Shown one piece after another: positions 40,312-51,857 of a DNA stretch of 64,000 nucleotides. The notes below the pieces were generated by a model. That model searched no databases, was not told the origin of the DNA, and saw nothing but the letters and a program-made list of their open reading frames with translations. The position numbers and the translations under genes were made by a program. The stretch lies in assembly GCA_050230475.1 (NCBI GenBank), contig JBFLGF010000023.1, positions 1-64,000 on the forward strand, read 5' to 3'. How positions within the stretch are numbered: the first letter of the stretch is position 1; each line of letters begins with the position of its first letter. Source of the stretch: Ancylonema sp. Lineage: Eukaryota.

Positions 40312-42044
40312 ATTCACAGACCGACAAATTCACAACTAATCTAGCAGTTTTTATACTTCGTCTACACGGTTAGCACTCTATATCGACGTCTTCGCGTATT
40401 TCTTCAGCGCAGAGACAGCAATGGCGACGACGCGTCAGTAGATCCAGCCCTCTGCAAAAGTAAGCAGTGTTTCCTTGCCTCTTCTGAAGTGATTTGAAGC
40501 CTCTACTTCGAAATTTGCAGTTTGGGTGAACGGGAGGATCGGCGGCCAAAGATGCCAGTGACATCACACACGTGTAGACGGGGCCAAATCCAATCCATCG
40601 ATCCATATAGGCAGTGCCTAGATTGTATCGGACGGCTTTGGTTATTCGGGTATCGATGGGCCGCAGCTTTCCATGATATTTCGGAAGGGCAGCGAATTTG
40701 ATTGGCCAGTACTCCTGCCTGTTCCTACTTGGCTTGAAGGGGTAAACCACGACAAAGAAGCTGCATACGAAGCTTCCGGGCCCTACCTTCCAGCCGCCGA
40801 TCCACACACCCACATACGGTTGGATTTTAGGCCCTTAAAAACTTATCGGTATTTTATAAGGTTCCCATAAACCCAAAATATAATAAGGGGGGGGGGGGGG
40901 GGTTATAATTAGGGGTAAAAATCAAAAATGTTAATAGTTCATGTCATACATTATTCTTGTGTCATGTTAACACGGATTGTTCACATGAAACATCCGGAAA
41001 CTGATAGTTGTTGTAATTTTGACATGGGTGCGGTACACCAATCAAGGTAGTTCTTATTGACATGAAACGAGTGATGATATGTTATTGAACAGGCATTTAA
41101 TAAAATAAAATCTCATACATTATTTATATTTTTGTTGCAAGAGCGCCATATGTGGAAAAGTCATTATCATGATATGATTTGTTTTGCATCAATCCATTTG
41201 CACGTTGGTGTTGTACTCATATGGGGTTCCCATCGTGCTTTACTTAAATGCGTCTCTCTTTATTTGAAGGAAATGGTTAGTTTTCCACACCTCAACGGAA
41301 CCCAAAAAAACTCCGGGAACACATATGGTGGCAAAAATACAATGAACCCAAATCGAAAATATGAAAGAAGACCCACTTCCTATCCTTATTGGGTTCATTA
41401 TAGTAATCCGGCGATGGTATGACAAAAAAAACGACCACAAACTTTATGTCACAATTGTTACTCGTTTGTATATCGTTTTCGCATATTGAATTCACATGTA
41501 ACCCTAAATTTTCTAATTTTGTTTCGAACGAGACACCTCTAAATTGAAGGCTCAAGTAATGAATGATAAAGCAATGATGAAATAGTATTACAATAAACAT
41601 AGAAAGCAATTATTGTACAACCGCAAAAACAATGGGAACAATGTTTTACAGTTAATTTTTATACGTAAGTTCCCATCGTAAATTATAAAAAAAAATGAAC
41701 ATCAACCTTATCGTGACTAAAGTTCTTCAATATCATGCATTCTACGGCGGATTGACGTTACCATGAATACCTCTATGGGGAAATCCTATGTAAAAAAGGT
41801 AGACTAATGAATCATTAGATTGTTCACATTCATTACAGATTGGGAGGACCCAAAAGTCTTATCCGAATTTCTAAGTGACATGCTCCTAGAATAACTCGAC
41901 ACCCGTTTTCACTCCACAGTGTATTTCATTGGGCCTAATAGTCAGTAATTAGGCCCTAAAATTATAATATTAGGCCCTAAAACTAGATCCTATTCTAAGA
42001 CCTATGTATTGGAGCTACCAAATTTTAAAATTTTAGGGGCGCAT

Positions 42045-42136
42045 TTTTCCGGCTCATTATTATTTCTAACTACAAAATATTAATAACTTATTAGTTATTA
42101 ATATTTTGAAGTTAGATCTAATAATGGGCCGGAAAA
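42045..42136. repeat. AT-rich inverted repeat: 44-bp arms, 4-nt loop
   Basis: TTTTCCGGCTCATTATTATTTCTAACTACAAAATATTAATAACT-TATT-AGTTATTAATATTTTGAAGTTAGATCTAATAATGGGCCGGAAAA, about 4 mismatches. Confidence 0.85.
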
Positions 42137-43862
42137 GGGGCTGTATTTAGGGGCTGTTAGGGGCTCTATTTTTTACCTTCCCCGTCCCTACACCCACACA
42201 CCCCGTGAAGCTGGAGACTGGACCTAGCCCCACTTATCCACCTAGCACCACGGAGCCCCAAAAAGCGCCCCCAGCCTCATCCATCTCATCCAGTTGTACC
42301 CAGCCCCACGAGCCTCTCCCAACGCCATCCAACCACTAGAAAGCCCAAGACAGCCGAGTGAAGCCCCCCTCACGAATAGCGGATATTTTTGTAAATGCTG
42401 AAATGTGTGTGTGATGCATTACTAATCATGCATTTTGATTATTAACGCATCGCAAACCAATTAGATCCATCATCCATGTAAGGATGTATTTCGCACCAAA
42501 TCAACTTTCTTATCAAACTTGCTAGAGATAATGAGTACGCTTTACCGTATCAAAAGAAAAAATGTGGTGACCCACCCCACTTGATCCGGGCAAAAAAAAA
42601 TTAATATCCCGTCGTGACCCACTCATAAAACCTGGGCCGTAATTGAGCCCGCTCGCACCCGCGACCCGCCTGGCAAAAGTGAAACATCGAAATGAGACCG
42701 AGTACAAATCCTCCCGTGCCAAGCAGATAGTTATTTCAGGCGGTACGTCCTGAATATAAATAATATGCGGCGACCATAGAACGGATTGCGACTATGTTGA
42801 TTCTATGTCCTTGGTTCGTTTTAAAGTTTTTTTTATTCAACCTTTACAGTGGTTTGTAAGGGTATGCCATCCTTTTTTTTTCCTTCGCTCTTGTACTCGT
42901 TAATCAAGTCCACATAAGCACCTCGCGAATGAAATCACATCGAAGAATGCACCAAGTAACATGGTAAAATGCGTTCCGACGAATACACATCATACCGCAA
43001 CTATATACGACTTATAATTTGTAATTTAAGGCTACTTTTCAATGCTCTTTGACAACTTTGTGTGTAACATTCATAAATTCAATGACAAACCTGAATCAAG
43101 TTTTTTTTGTTTTTTCTTGCGGATTTTCGAGCCCGACTCCGAGCCGGCTCGCGCGCGAGGCGAATCCGAGCCGGCTCGCAAAAAAATGCGGGCTCAGAAG
43201 TGTTTTTTTATTTTTTTGGAGGGGGGGGGGCACACGATCTGTACGGAAGTCGCCAACCGCGACCGTTAGTCGTGCAAAAATAGACCAACGGATCGTTCAA
43301 TTGTTGGAGCCACGCTGTACCGGATACGCCAGCAGGGAGTAGCAGGCACAAGGAGCAGGCGCACTATCCTCGAGCTCTCGGGAGCTGGATTTAGGCGGAT
43401 CACCTGTCCATACTAGAGGAAAAGTTTCGTGTCTTCCATTCCTACTAGTTGCAGTCAGCCGCTGCAGGATGCGCTGCAGAATGTATGTGTTTTTTTAAGA
43501 CGTGTGTTTAAGAGCATTCTTCGGAATACGTGTGGCATTGTTGTTCACCGTTGTTTACAAAGAAGATCTTGAATGTCCACACTGTATGTAGAAAGGTATA
43601 CCCGTGTATGCCAGGCGAGCACGTTGGCGTTGGTAGGTAGCTTCATCCCGCACTCGTTTCAAAGCTGCAAAATTAGAACACACTGCGTTTTGCACATACT
43701 ACAGCACAACTCAATGATATTTGCAGGTCAAAAAAATCATTTCCGAGGACATTCGAACGTACTACAACATCGAGCATGACGAGTCCAAGACACTTGAGTT
43801 TTGTGATTTTGGTATATTCTGTTGCAGTGTGTTTCTGAATCGTATCTTTTGAATCATATGCA

Positions 43863-44120
43863 ATGGGTATAAAAGGGTTGCATAGTTTCCTAAAGTCGAT
43901 TCTTCTACATTTAAACGTGTTTAAGTACACTGGGAAAAAAGCTGGAGTAGACGCGCATGGCTCGCTGCACAGAGCTGCCAACAGCCGATCTTGCACTTCC
44001 AAGGAATCGGTGGTAGAGTCATGTCTCAATAGGCTTCACATGTTGAGGACCAATGGAGTCATCCCGGTAATGGTCTTTGACGGCGGTAATCACCCAATGA
44101 AGGCCAAGCACCAGCATGTG
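43863..44120 (+). pseudogene. EXO1-like XPG N-terminal nuclease fragment
   Basis: MGIKGLHSFLK...AGVDAHGSLHR...RLHMLRTNGVIPVMVFDGGNHPMK; no XPG-I domain found downstream. Confidence 0.75.
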
Positions 44121-44442
44121 TACTACCCGGAGCTAGAGAGACCTGGGCCTCTGACGCCGTCCGATGCTACGTTCGATACAGACATTAGCGGATCATATCC
44201 TTACTACTCCCCTCTCTATTACCTTTATGTGAAAAAGAACGATGTCATATTTTTCCACGTTGCCATCCCTTTGTACGTACTCCTTAACTTCTCACACAGC
44301 CCTATCCATTGGTGTTGCCAAAGGAATAGCACACGGCGTGCTCAACCCCATCACATGGGCTCCTTTTTAAGGCGAAAATGCGGACAATGCGGAGAATGCG
44401 GACGTTGGAACCGAACAACAAGCATCTTTAGAGAACACTCGT

Positions 44443-46056
44443 TTGCTACACGCCTTTCGTTCCTACACACCTCTGGAACAGTCCATTTATGACTCTACAC
44501 CGCAGGCGTGGCGGTCTCAGAATTGCCACCCGAATTATCTAATTAGGTGGTATCTAACATCAATCGAGAAACTATTAGTTCAATGGATCTTCGATAACCC
44601 GTTGAGTGGATCGCTTCATGATAATGCAAAGCTCCTCCACGAAAAAGCTATTTCTTTAGGGTCTGGTTTGGCAGAAACATTTCCAGAGTCTCTCCATATT
44701 GACAGGTTAAAGGCGTTTGTGGGAAACCATTCGCACTGGCATGAACAACTTGCTCAGGTGCTTGCTGAAGTAGGGTTTGAGGCAAGGTATACGTTCAACT
44801 TGGACGAGACGCTACTCCGGTTTGGGCCAGGTATATACATTCATTGCTGGTAGTCCAAAATCAAAACGTGATATGTATTTTATGCCCTCCCTGAACTGCA
44901 GGAAAGTACAAAATACTCACGGTGGGCCTGTGTGTGAACGGCACCAGGGAGTTACACTTCAAGCCATCAGTGAACGACAAGCCAGATGGGAGTACGTTGA
45001 ATGGTTTGGATGGTCTGGACCTCTGTCCAACGGACACTGCTGATTTGACCATGAAGGTACGTGAAGGAACAACCAAACCATACTATTCTGATATTTGTGC
45101 CATCATTCACACTTGCATTGTGCACCAACATATGGCAGACATTTGAATCGAGTATGAGAAGGGAACGAGGTCCTAGGCTCATAAGGGACGAAGGTGCTCG
45201 TGATCCTAGATCACGTCGCAGCACACAAGCTCGGGTGGCACATTCTGGAGACTCGCTTTGGTATTCTCCTATATGACTACGGTAGTATGAAAATGTTGAA
45301 GATCTAGTAGTGGTCAACACCCTTGGTGCAAATGCTAGATCAGGGGATTATGACGGATATCCGAGCACGATGGGAGATGAAATTGCGTACGTGGCATGTA
45401 TCGAACCCCGATCGCGGAACACTGAGTTTACAACAGGTAGTATGTTTGCCTTATGATTAACTTACATGTTGTGGTTATCAATTGTTGACACCTTCTATGA
45501 TTCCACCATGTGTCAGGCTCTGGAGTGGGTGCAAGAGTTGAGCGAGCAGATCCCCACGGCAAGAATCATAGATGCATGGGAGTCTACAAGAACTCCTCGA
45601 GCACATTCACGTTTTCCGTGCAAAAATTGTGACGTAGACATCCGGGGTCACACTAGAGTATGTTGTCACTATGACCAAGTTCGGTGCAATGACGATTTCA
45701 CGGATGAGGGAGGCTGGTGTGTTACGTGTAAAAACAATTTTGGCACAAAGAGGAGATGGGAACGAGTTAAAGCGGAAAATGCGGGGCAAGAAGAGTCGGG
45801 GAGGACTTCTCGTGACTGCACCCACTGGAAGACGGCTACTGAGTCCAGGGGCGAGAACTCGACGTGCATCGGGTGCCTTGATCAGGCTCGTGAGAACAAG
45901 GAGAGGAAGAGAGCGAGAGCGATCGCGGAGAGGACGGAGTCAGTCGGAGAAGTTTCTTTGGGCGGGGTACAAGTACGGAAATCGGCACCAGCGGTACACG
46001 CTCTACAACCCTGTAGTGGAGGTGGTGATCATCTTGGTCGACACAAGCACAAATGA
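44443..46056 (+). pseudogene. pogo/CENP-B-like transposase remnant followed by a Cys-rich segment
   Basis: EKLLVQWI...LLHEKAISL (CENP-B HTH-like) and FNLDETLL (first D of pogo DDE). Downstream ALEWVQELSEQIPTARIIDAW and several CxxC motifs; linkage of the parts is inferred. Confidence 0.55.
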
Positions 46057-46900
46057 CCGACATGCAAATGGGGTCTGTGAGACGGAAGACCCCGATTTAT
46101 CTGCATGAAACACGTCGAAAGTTAGAGGTGTTTTACGGGACGACCCACACCCAAGGGCATAGGGGTTAGGGGGAACGTACCTGGCTCTGTCGGTAGGTGC
46201 GATGACTATCGCCACCGCGTCCGGGAAAGTAGATTGTAGGAACAAGTGGTTGTGGGTGTCCACGGACGACAAAAAACAACCATGTTTGGGGTGGGTCTGC
46301 ACGTAGGATATCAACAAAGGCGGAGATGACTCGACTACAACTTCCCGACAACGATCGTACTTTGAGGTCCGAAACCTTACATGAATCCAGTCAACTTGCG
46401 TCAAACCGTGTTGCAGGAGGACCCTCGTTAATGCCTCAGCGGCGTCATCCTCCAAATTAAACTGCAGTTTAAAAGAGACCACCCACACATGGACCCATAC
46501 CCTCAACCACTGCCTCCCTTTAATCACGAATATCTACATCATGAAGCAGACATATGACTCAACGAGTCCGATGTACCCCTCTGTGTAGGAATGACTACAG
46601 TGTCCACGTGCCACACTCCTTCCACCTGCAATCACACCCTCCCAAGCATGTGCACATACATCAACAACAATGCTATCATCCGCTGCCCTTCGATCCAAGA
46701 ATTTACTCACCATTTTCCCACCCAAGTAACCTCCGGTCTCACTGTTTGCCCGGGTCGCCCTAGAGGCCGCGATTATGAAAGCGTCCACCATTTTCGACGA
46801 CTGCAGACAACCCAACATCTATTGAGTTAAGATGGCATCTCCGCCTAATCATTCAGTACACAAAGTACTCTATTCACGATAGACATCGTCTTCAATTTTG
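45836..46900 (-). pseudogene. AMSH-like JAMM/MPN+ deubiquitinase domain, spliced and disrupted
   Basis: Exons 46800-46711 (NSETGGYLGG), 46625-46563 (VIPTQRGTSDS), 46461-46381 (VDWIH), 46296-46181 (THPKHGCFLSSVDTHNH...AVAIVIAPTD), 46100 onward (*IGVFRLTDPICMSVI). TAA at 46097-46099; one donor reads TT instead of GT. Confidence 0.85.
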
Positions 46901-47064
46901 GCGACTGCGAAACCACCGCGTGACATTTGGCGAGGGGGGGTGTGAGGGACTGAGGTTCGTGTCGCTTCCCACTACCCGCAGTTAGAGACAATACGGGATC
47001 ATTGGGGGTCCCAAACTCGAATTCCGGGGACAGGGGGGTGGCCAACATCTTCTGCACCTCGATG

Positions 47065-48810
47065 TCATTCAAGACCGTCCACCCACGACACTAGGAAGTT
47101 CCATCGGTGCCCGAAGAAGACGTGGATAGAGGAACACCCACAGACCTCTTTGTGCCGCCAGCACATGGCCGCCTCAGTGCCGGGGGTCAAGTTTCCCCGG
47201 ATGATCCGACACCCGCAAGTCACGTAGACGGTCAGGGAATGGAACACGCACATAGGGCACACGGGGATGGACTCCAACGACATAAGTGGGAGATCCGTCG
47301 GTACTAGCGTCCGCCTCCCGTCCCCCGAAAGGAGGTCCAACTTGCACCGAATCTCGTCTACCAACCGAATGCAGGCCGCCTTCGTGAACTCCCTTCCCTG
47401 TCTTCTTTCGCGCACACCAACTTCGGTTGCCTCTTTGTACAGTTAGAAGTCCGTAGGGATAATGGGAGTGTGCCGGATGTGTGACTACCGCCTCAACGCT
47501 GAAAACCCATTTTCCAGCCAAGACGGCAGGGTGAAGTTCACGGCCTCTCCTAGGCCGAAACCGAAGCTAAACCCCGTGTGGTACGCTCGAGGGACAGTAA
47601 TGATGAACTCCCCAGGGTATTGCATCGCTCGGCACACAGGCACACCCCCCTCCAACAGGACTAGGGGGGAGAAAATCGCATCCTTGCTCATAGGGAAACG
47701 AACAACCTCCTCCCAACTAACCCCTCCGCACACCACCGCCCGCACCACCTCTTCCAACAGCTTGGCCGCAGACCCTGGTACTCCGTACCAAAGTTTCGGT
47801 GCGCCTAGGTGTTGGTAGTTGACGCTGAACAAATAATGGTATTCCACGTGCCACATGAAGGAACTCCAGAGACTCGTAAGGTAGAGCATCAGGGTCGACA
47901 CCCCTCGCACATGTTTACCCCATTGCGTACGGAGGTGCTGGGCGAGGGAGCCGTCAAGAGAAGGTAGGGTCTGCGACGAACAAATCAATGTGTTAGGAGT
48001 TCAGTATCTGGACCCGCTATAACACTTTTTATTTATTTATTTTTTCATGACAATATTGGAACAGTGGTACACAAACACATATAGATATAACATTAAATAA
48101 CAATAATAATAATGATAATTAACTAACAATAATACACGTGTGCACTGGGCATCCGAAGTCGTCATGCGCGACATCCCTCTCACACGTACCTCTAGGTTCC
48201 AGCCACTGAACCGGAGACTGTCTGACGAGATATTCCGGGAGAATGCGGAGCCCAGCATGTCGGTCCCATATTGGACCTTCTTAATCCCTTCTTCGCACTT
48301 CTCCCAATACATCCTCTCCATGGTGGGGGCAGCGAGTCGCGTGTGAGTTCTCAATTCGGCACGTGAGAACTCTATGGATTCGGCCTCGAATTCCGGAATG
48401 GTGGCCGTCCTACAAAACCCACAACAAGAGGGGATGGTACTTAATCACAATTCTGTGAGGATAGGGAAAGAATCCATCAAGGGGAAGAGACCTCACGTAT
48501 GGTCTATATCAGCCGTGCTCCCGTTTCGCCAAGTGCCCCGAGTCGCCGTGGAGAGGGTTTGCTTGCGAATTCGACAGTTGTATTTCATCTTCAGCAGTTT
48601 GTCGAGCGGGTTGCCACTGGCGCTGCAGGTGTCTGGAGCGACGACCTTACAAATGCCATCATGCCCGGCCAGAGGTTCTAGACTACTGATGTACCTAATG
48701 GGGTCTGCAAACTCCTCTACACTCGGCCGAAAACACTTAGCCGGTCTAATTTTCGAAAGGGTCTCTGATACCCCGGACGAGTCCCCATGAGAGCCTTCAA
48801 AGGGCTGCAT
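47065..48810 (-). pseudogene. JmjN-JmjC-zf-C5HC2 histone demethylase (JMJ13/JMJ706-like), with premature stops
   Basis: Exons 48810-48497 (FRPSVEEFADPIRYI...GICKVVAP), 48409-48190 (MERMYW...VQYGTDMLGSAF...WNL), 47970 onward (WHVEYHYLFSVNY, KLWYGVP, QYPGEFIITVPRAYHTGF, EAVNF). In-frame TAG 47485-47487 and TAA 47443-47445, then CPMC...CGC...CWRH...CGC. Confidence 0.88.
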
Positions 48811-51067
48811 CCTACAATCCCGACGATCCGTACGACTACGCTACTAACAGACAGCCTGAAGATGAGTTCAGTGGCGCAGGGTACTGTCCAGTGTGTGCCA
48901 CGGGAGGCCCTCAAGGTGCTGTACCGAGTCCGCCAGTAAGGAGTTGCGGGTGCAGGAGGAGGAGCACTTTCCGCCTGCACCCGTGTACAGGACTTGCGGG
49001 CAGTCGGATCTCCCTTCCGCCCGGAACTTGACGCGAACCCGTTCACTTCCCCACACGAAAGGGGGGGGAAGTGACGGTGAGGGGGGGGGGCTCTGGGCTC
49101 CGATCTTGGAATCTAAATCCGGAGGAGCTCAGAGCCCAGACCGATTTGACTACCGGCCAAGCGGAAACTTGTTTTGGCGGGAACATGATTTCCTGCCTTC
49201 CCTGTGGGGAAATTCAATTCTCTGCGTACATGGTAAGAATTCTGCGTGGAAGAAACGTCGGATCGCTGGTCCATGAACACCGACTCGTGTCAACCTTGGA
49301 TGGTTCAAAGGGTGAAATATTCGATTGAGCTTCTGCAGAATCTGGCCTAATGGCCTCCAGCACAAATGGGTCGTCAGCAGGATGGGAGCTGCCGTCCCCA
49401 GCGTGCATTTCTCTCACCGCAAACGGGCGCAGATGGTGAGCGGGCGACCATCACATTCAACCAGATGTCCTAACCCGCCCCATAATTTTTGAATTAGAGC
49501 GACGGTCAGCTTGAATGCCGCTCATAACCACACTTTCCGTAGACATTCCGATGCGCGATGCGCCAGTGGTGGGGAGAAAAATCTGCAATTCTGCACATTG
49601 CTGATCAACTCTTTATCATGAACTGGAGGGCCTATTTATTTTTGGCAGCTTCTTGGTTTGGAGCACACGTTAATGACATCCGTTGTTTTTATTATTTTAA
49701 ATGTCTTCATAATATCGACTCCGCAGGTGCCCCATCAGCAACAGCAACAGCCGGAATCTGGTCCCTCCTGCTGCCTTCCCTCCTTCGTCGTCCATATCTG
49801 TTCTCCTTCTCGAGTGCGACGACATCTGCGAAGTCTTGAAGACCGTCGCAGGGAACATGACTCCAGAGACGCCAGAGACGGGACCCACCGGGATGACGAG
49901 TGGCATACCACGATCAGCAGCCTGGAAGTCAGTTTCCTTTTCCCTAACAGGCGAATGCCACATGGCGATGGCACGTGTCGTCCTCCTCATCCACATGGCG
50001 CAGACACTCGACTCCGACCTGCCTGCTGACGTGGACTTCTTCTGGGGGGTGTGGTGCAACCTCAGCCTCACTACCTCTCAGCTGACGCGTCTTCAAGGCA
50101 TCACCACAGAACTCACTGACAGCGACGCCGCCCAGCTGCGGCGGTGGGGAATCTCGGTTCCCAATAAAAACACATCTCGAAGCTCTGAATCTGGTCTGGC
50201 AGAGCTGGTGTGCGAAACCTCTCACTCCCGCTCCCGCTCCCGCTCCCGCACTGAAGCGAGTTTCCAAGTTGCGCCAGGATTACCTGTTGACATACGCCCG
50301 CAGGATCGACCAGAGCATGTCAGAAGAACTCCAACCCGAGCACCGGTCTCCCACCGAGGCCAACTGCAAGGAGTGGCTGGCGGCCCTACAGACCGTATTC
50401 GTTCGCACCACACTGAACTCATTCCTTCCGAAAAAAGACAAAAAATGTGGTGAAGGGAAGGCGGTTCGAAAGGAGATTGAGGTTTGGTACCAAACAGGTC
50501 TGACGCAAACCAGGTCCTCCTCTGACGACCTCGTTGCGAATCCCACCCTGCTCGACCCCTGTGACGCCTCCTGGTACGTGCATCCGGGGGCGTGTCCCTT
50601 CTGCCCCTTCCTCCCTCTCTCTCATGTGTTCCAAAAGAAGGCTGTGGAAGGAGGGAGGAAGAAGGTGGCAGCCCCCCTGGCGACCGCTTGTAAGGCTCAG
50701 CTGATGGAGTATCTGGCATGTATGTGGCGTTTTCCACATACTTTGGAACAGGAAAGATCAAATTTGAGGTTTGGGTGGGCAACCCCTTCCAACTGGCCCT
50801 CTATCACTTCCCAGGGCGGGCGGCGGGGAGGGATTGGGGGGGAAGGGGGGAGGGGGGGAGGATGGAGGGGGAGGGGGGGGGGAGGGGGGAGAGGGGGGGG
50901 AGGGGGGAGGGGGGTGGGGAGGAGGGGGAGGGGCGGTCGGTGCGCACCTTCGATGTGATGAACACACGGACGTTGATGGATCGTTTCGGCGCTCTCAACG
51001 TTCTGGTCACCTGTGGGCCACTGATGAAACGGTGAGACATTGCAGGCGTGGTGGGTACGATTTTTTG

Positions 51068-51107
51068 GTGGTCTGTGGTCTGTGGTCTGTGGTCTGTGGT
51101 CTGTGGT
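51068..51107. repeat. Tandem heptamer (GTGGTCT)n in an intron
   Basis: Read directly from the sequence. Confidence 0.85.
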
Positions 51108-51770
51108 TGCTGAGACAAGGGAGATAGAAGTGTTCCTTTGGCGTTGACGAAGATTGGAACATCGATTACATCGATAACCGCATCGACGGACAGAAACTTG
51201 TCTGTGCAAAGTTAAGGACGCTGACGTTAGCATCATCTGTTGTCCATTCGAACCTCGTATCCTCTCTGCACATCACATCATCACATCATCACTGTACCCC
51301 CATGAAAACATGAGCACTCCGTACGTTTTACGTGCCCTCAGGTCTAATTGCCAAAATGCAGTCAGTCCATTGTTCAGTCTCGCCCACTTTCACTTTTATG
51401 CCTCCCCTCTCTAAGTGGGCAGAGAAGACGGTGTATTCTTTTTATGAAAAGAATCAAAGGCTCTGCAATCGTCTTTTCTTTGAGCAGCACCTCCCACGTA
51501 GCCAAGTCGGAATCACAAAAGAAGAAAAAAAGAAAGAAAAAAAACAAAAACGCAAACCGCATGGAAATTGATGTTTCACATGACATATTCCCCCCCACCT
51601 GTTTCCTCCTCTTCAACCCCCCCTCCCTCCCATCCCCCCACCCTCCCCCTCCCTCCCAGCACCTCCTCCTCCCGCCTCTACACGTCCACCAAATTCTGGT
51701 ACCAACTCTTCCCCACCCTCAACGACTTTGTGAACTGGTCCCTCCCCTTCCTCCCCACCACATTCCCCAC

Positions 51771-51857
51771 CATGCTACTATGCTACCATGCTACCATGCT
51801 ACCATGCTACTATGCTACCATGCTACCATGCTACTATGCTACCATGCTACTATGCTC
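51771..51857. repeat. Tandem octamer (YATGCTAC)x10 plus a partial unit
   Basis: Read directly from the sequence. Confidence 0.9.

Noticed and set aside
42181..42396. Missing first exon of the DUF4470-MYND gene
   Set aside because: All frames contain stops and the donor phase does not match the 49727 acceptor.
47443..47487. Stop-codon reassignment or readthrough to explain in-frame TAG/TAA in JmjC, JAMM and DUF4470 genes
   Set aside because: Intact genes here terminate with TAG (MTHFR, methyltransferase) and TAA (LOG-like), and frameshifts and a broken donor co-occur; pseudogenisation is simpler.
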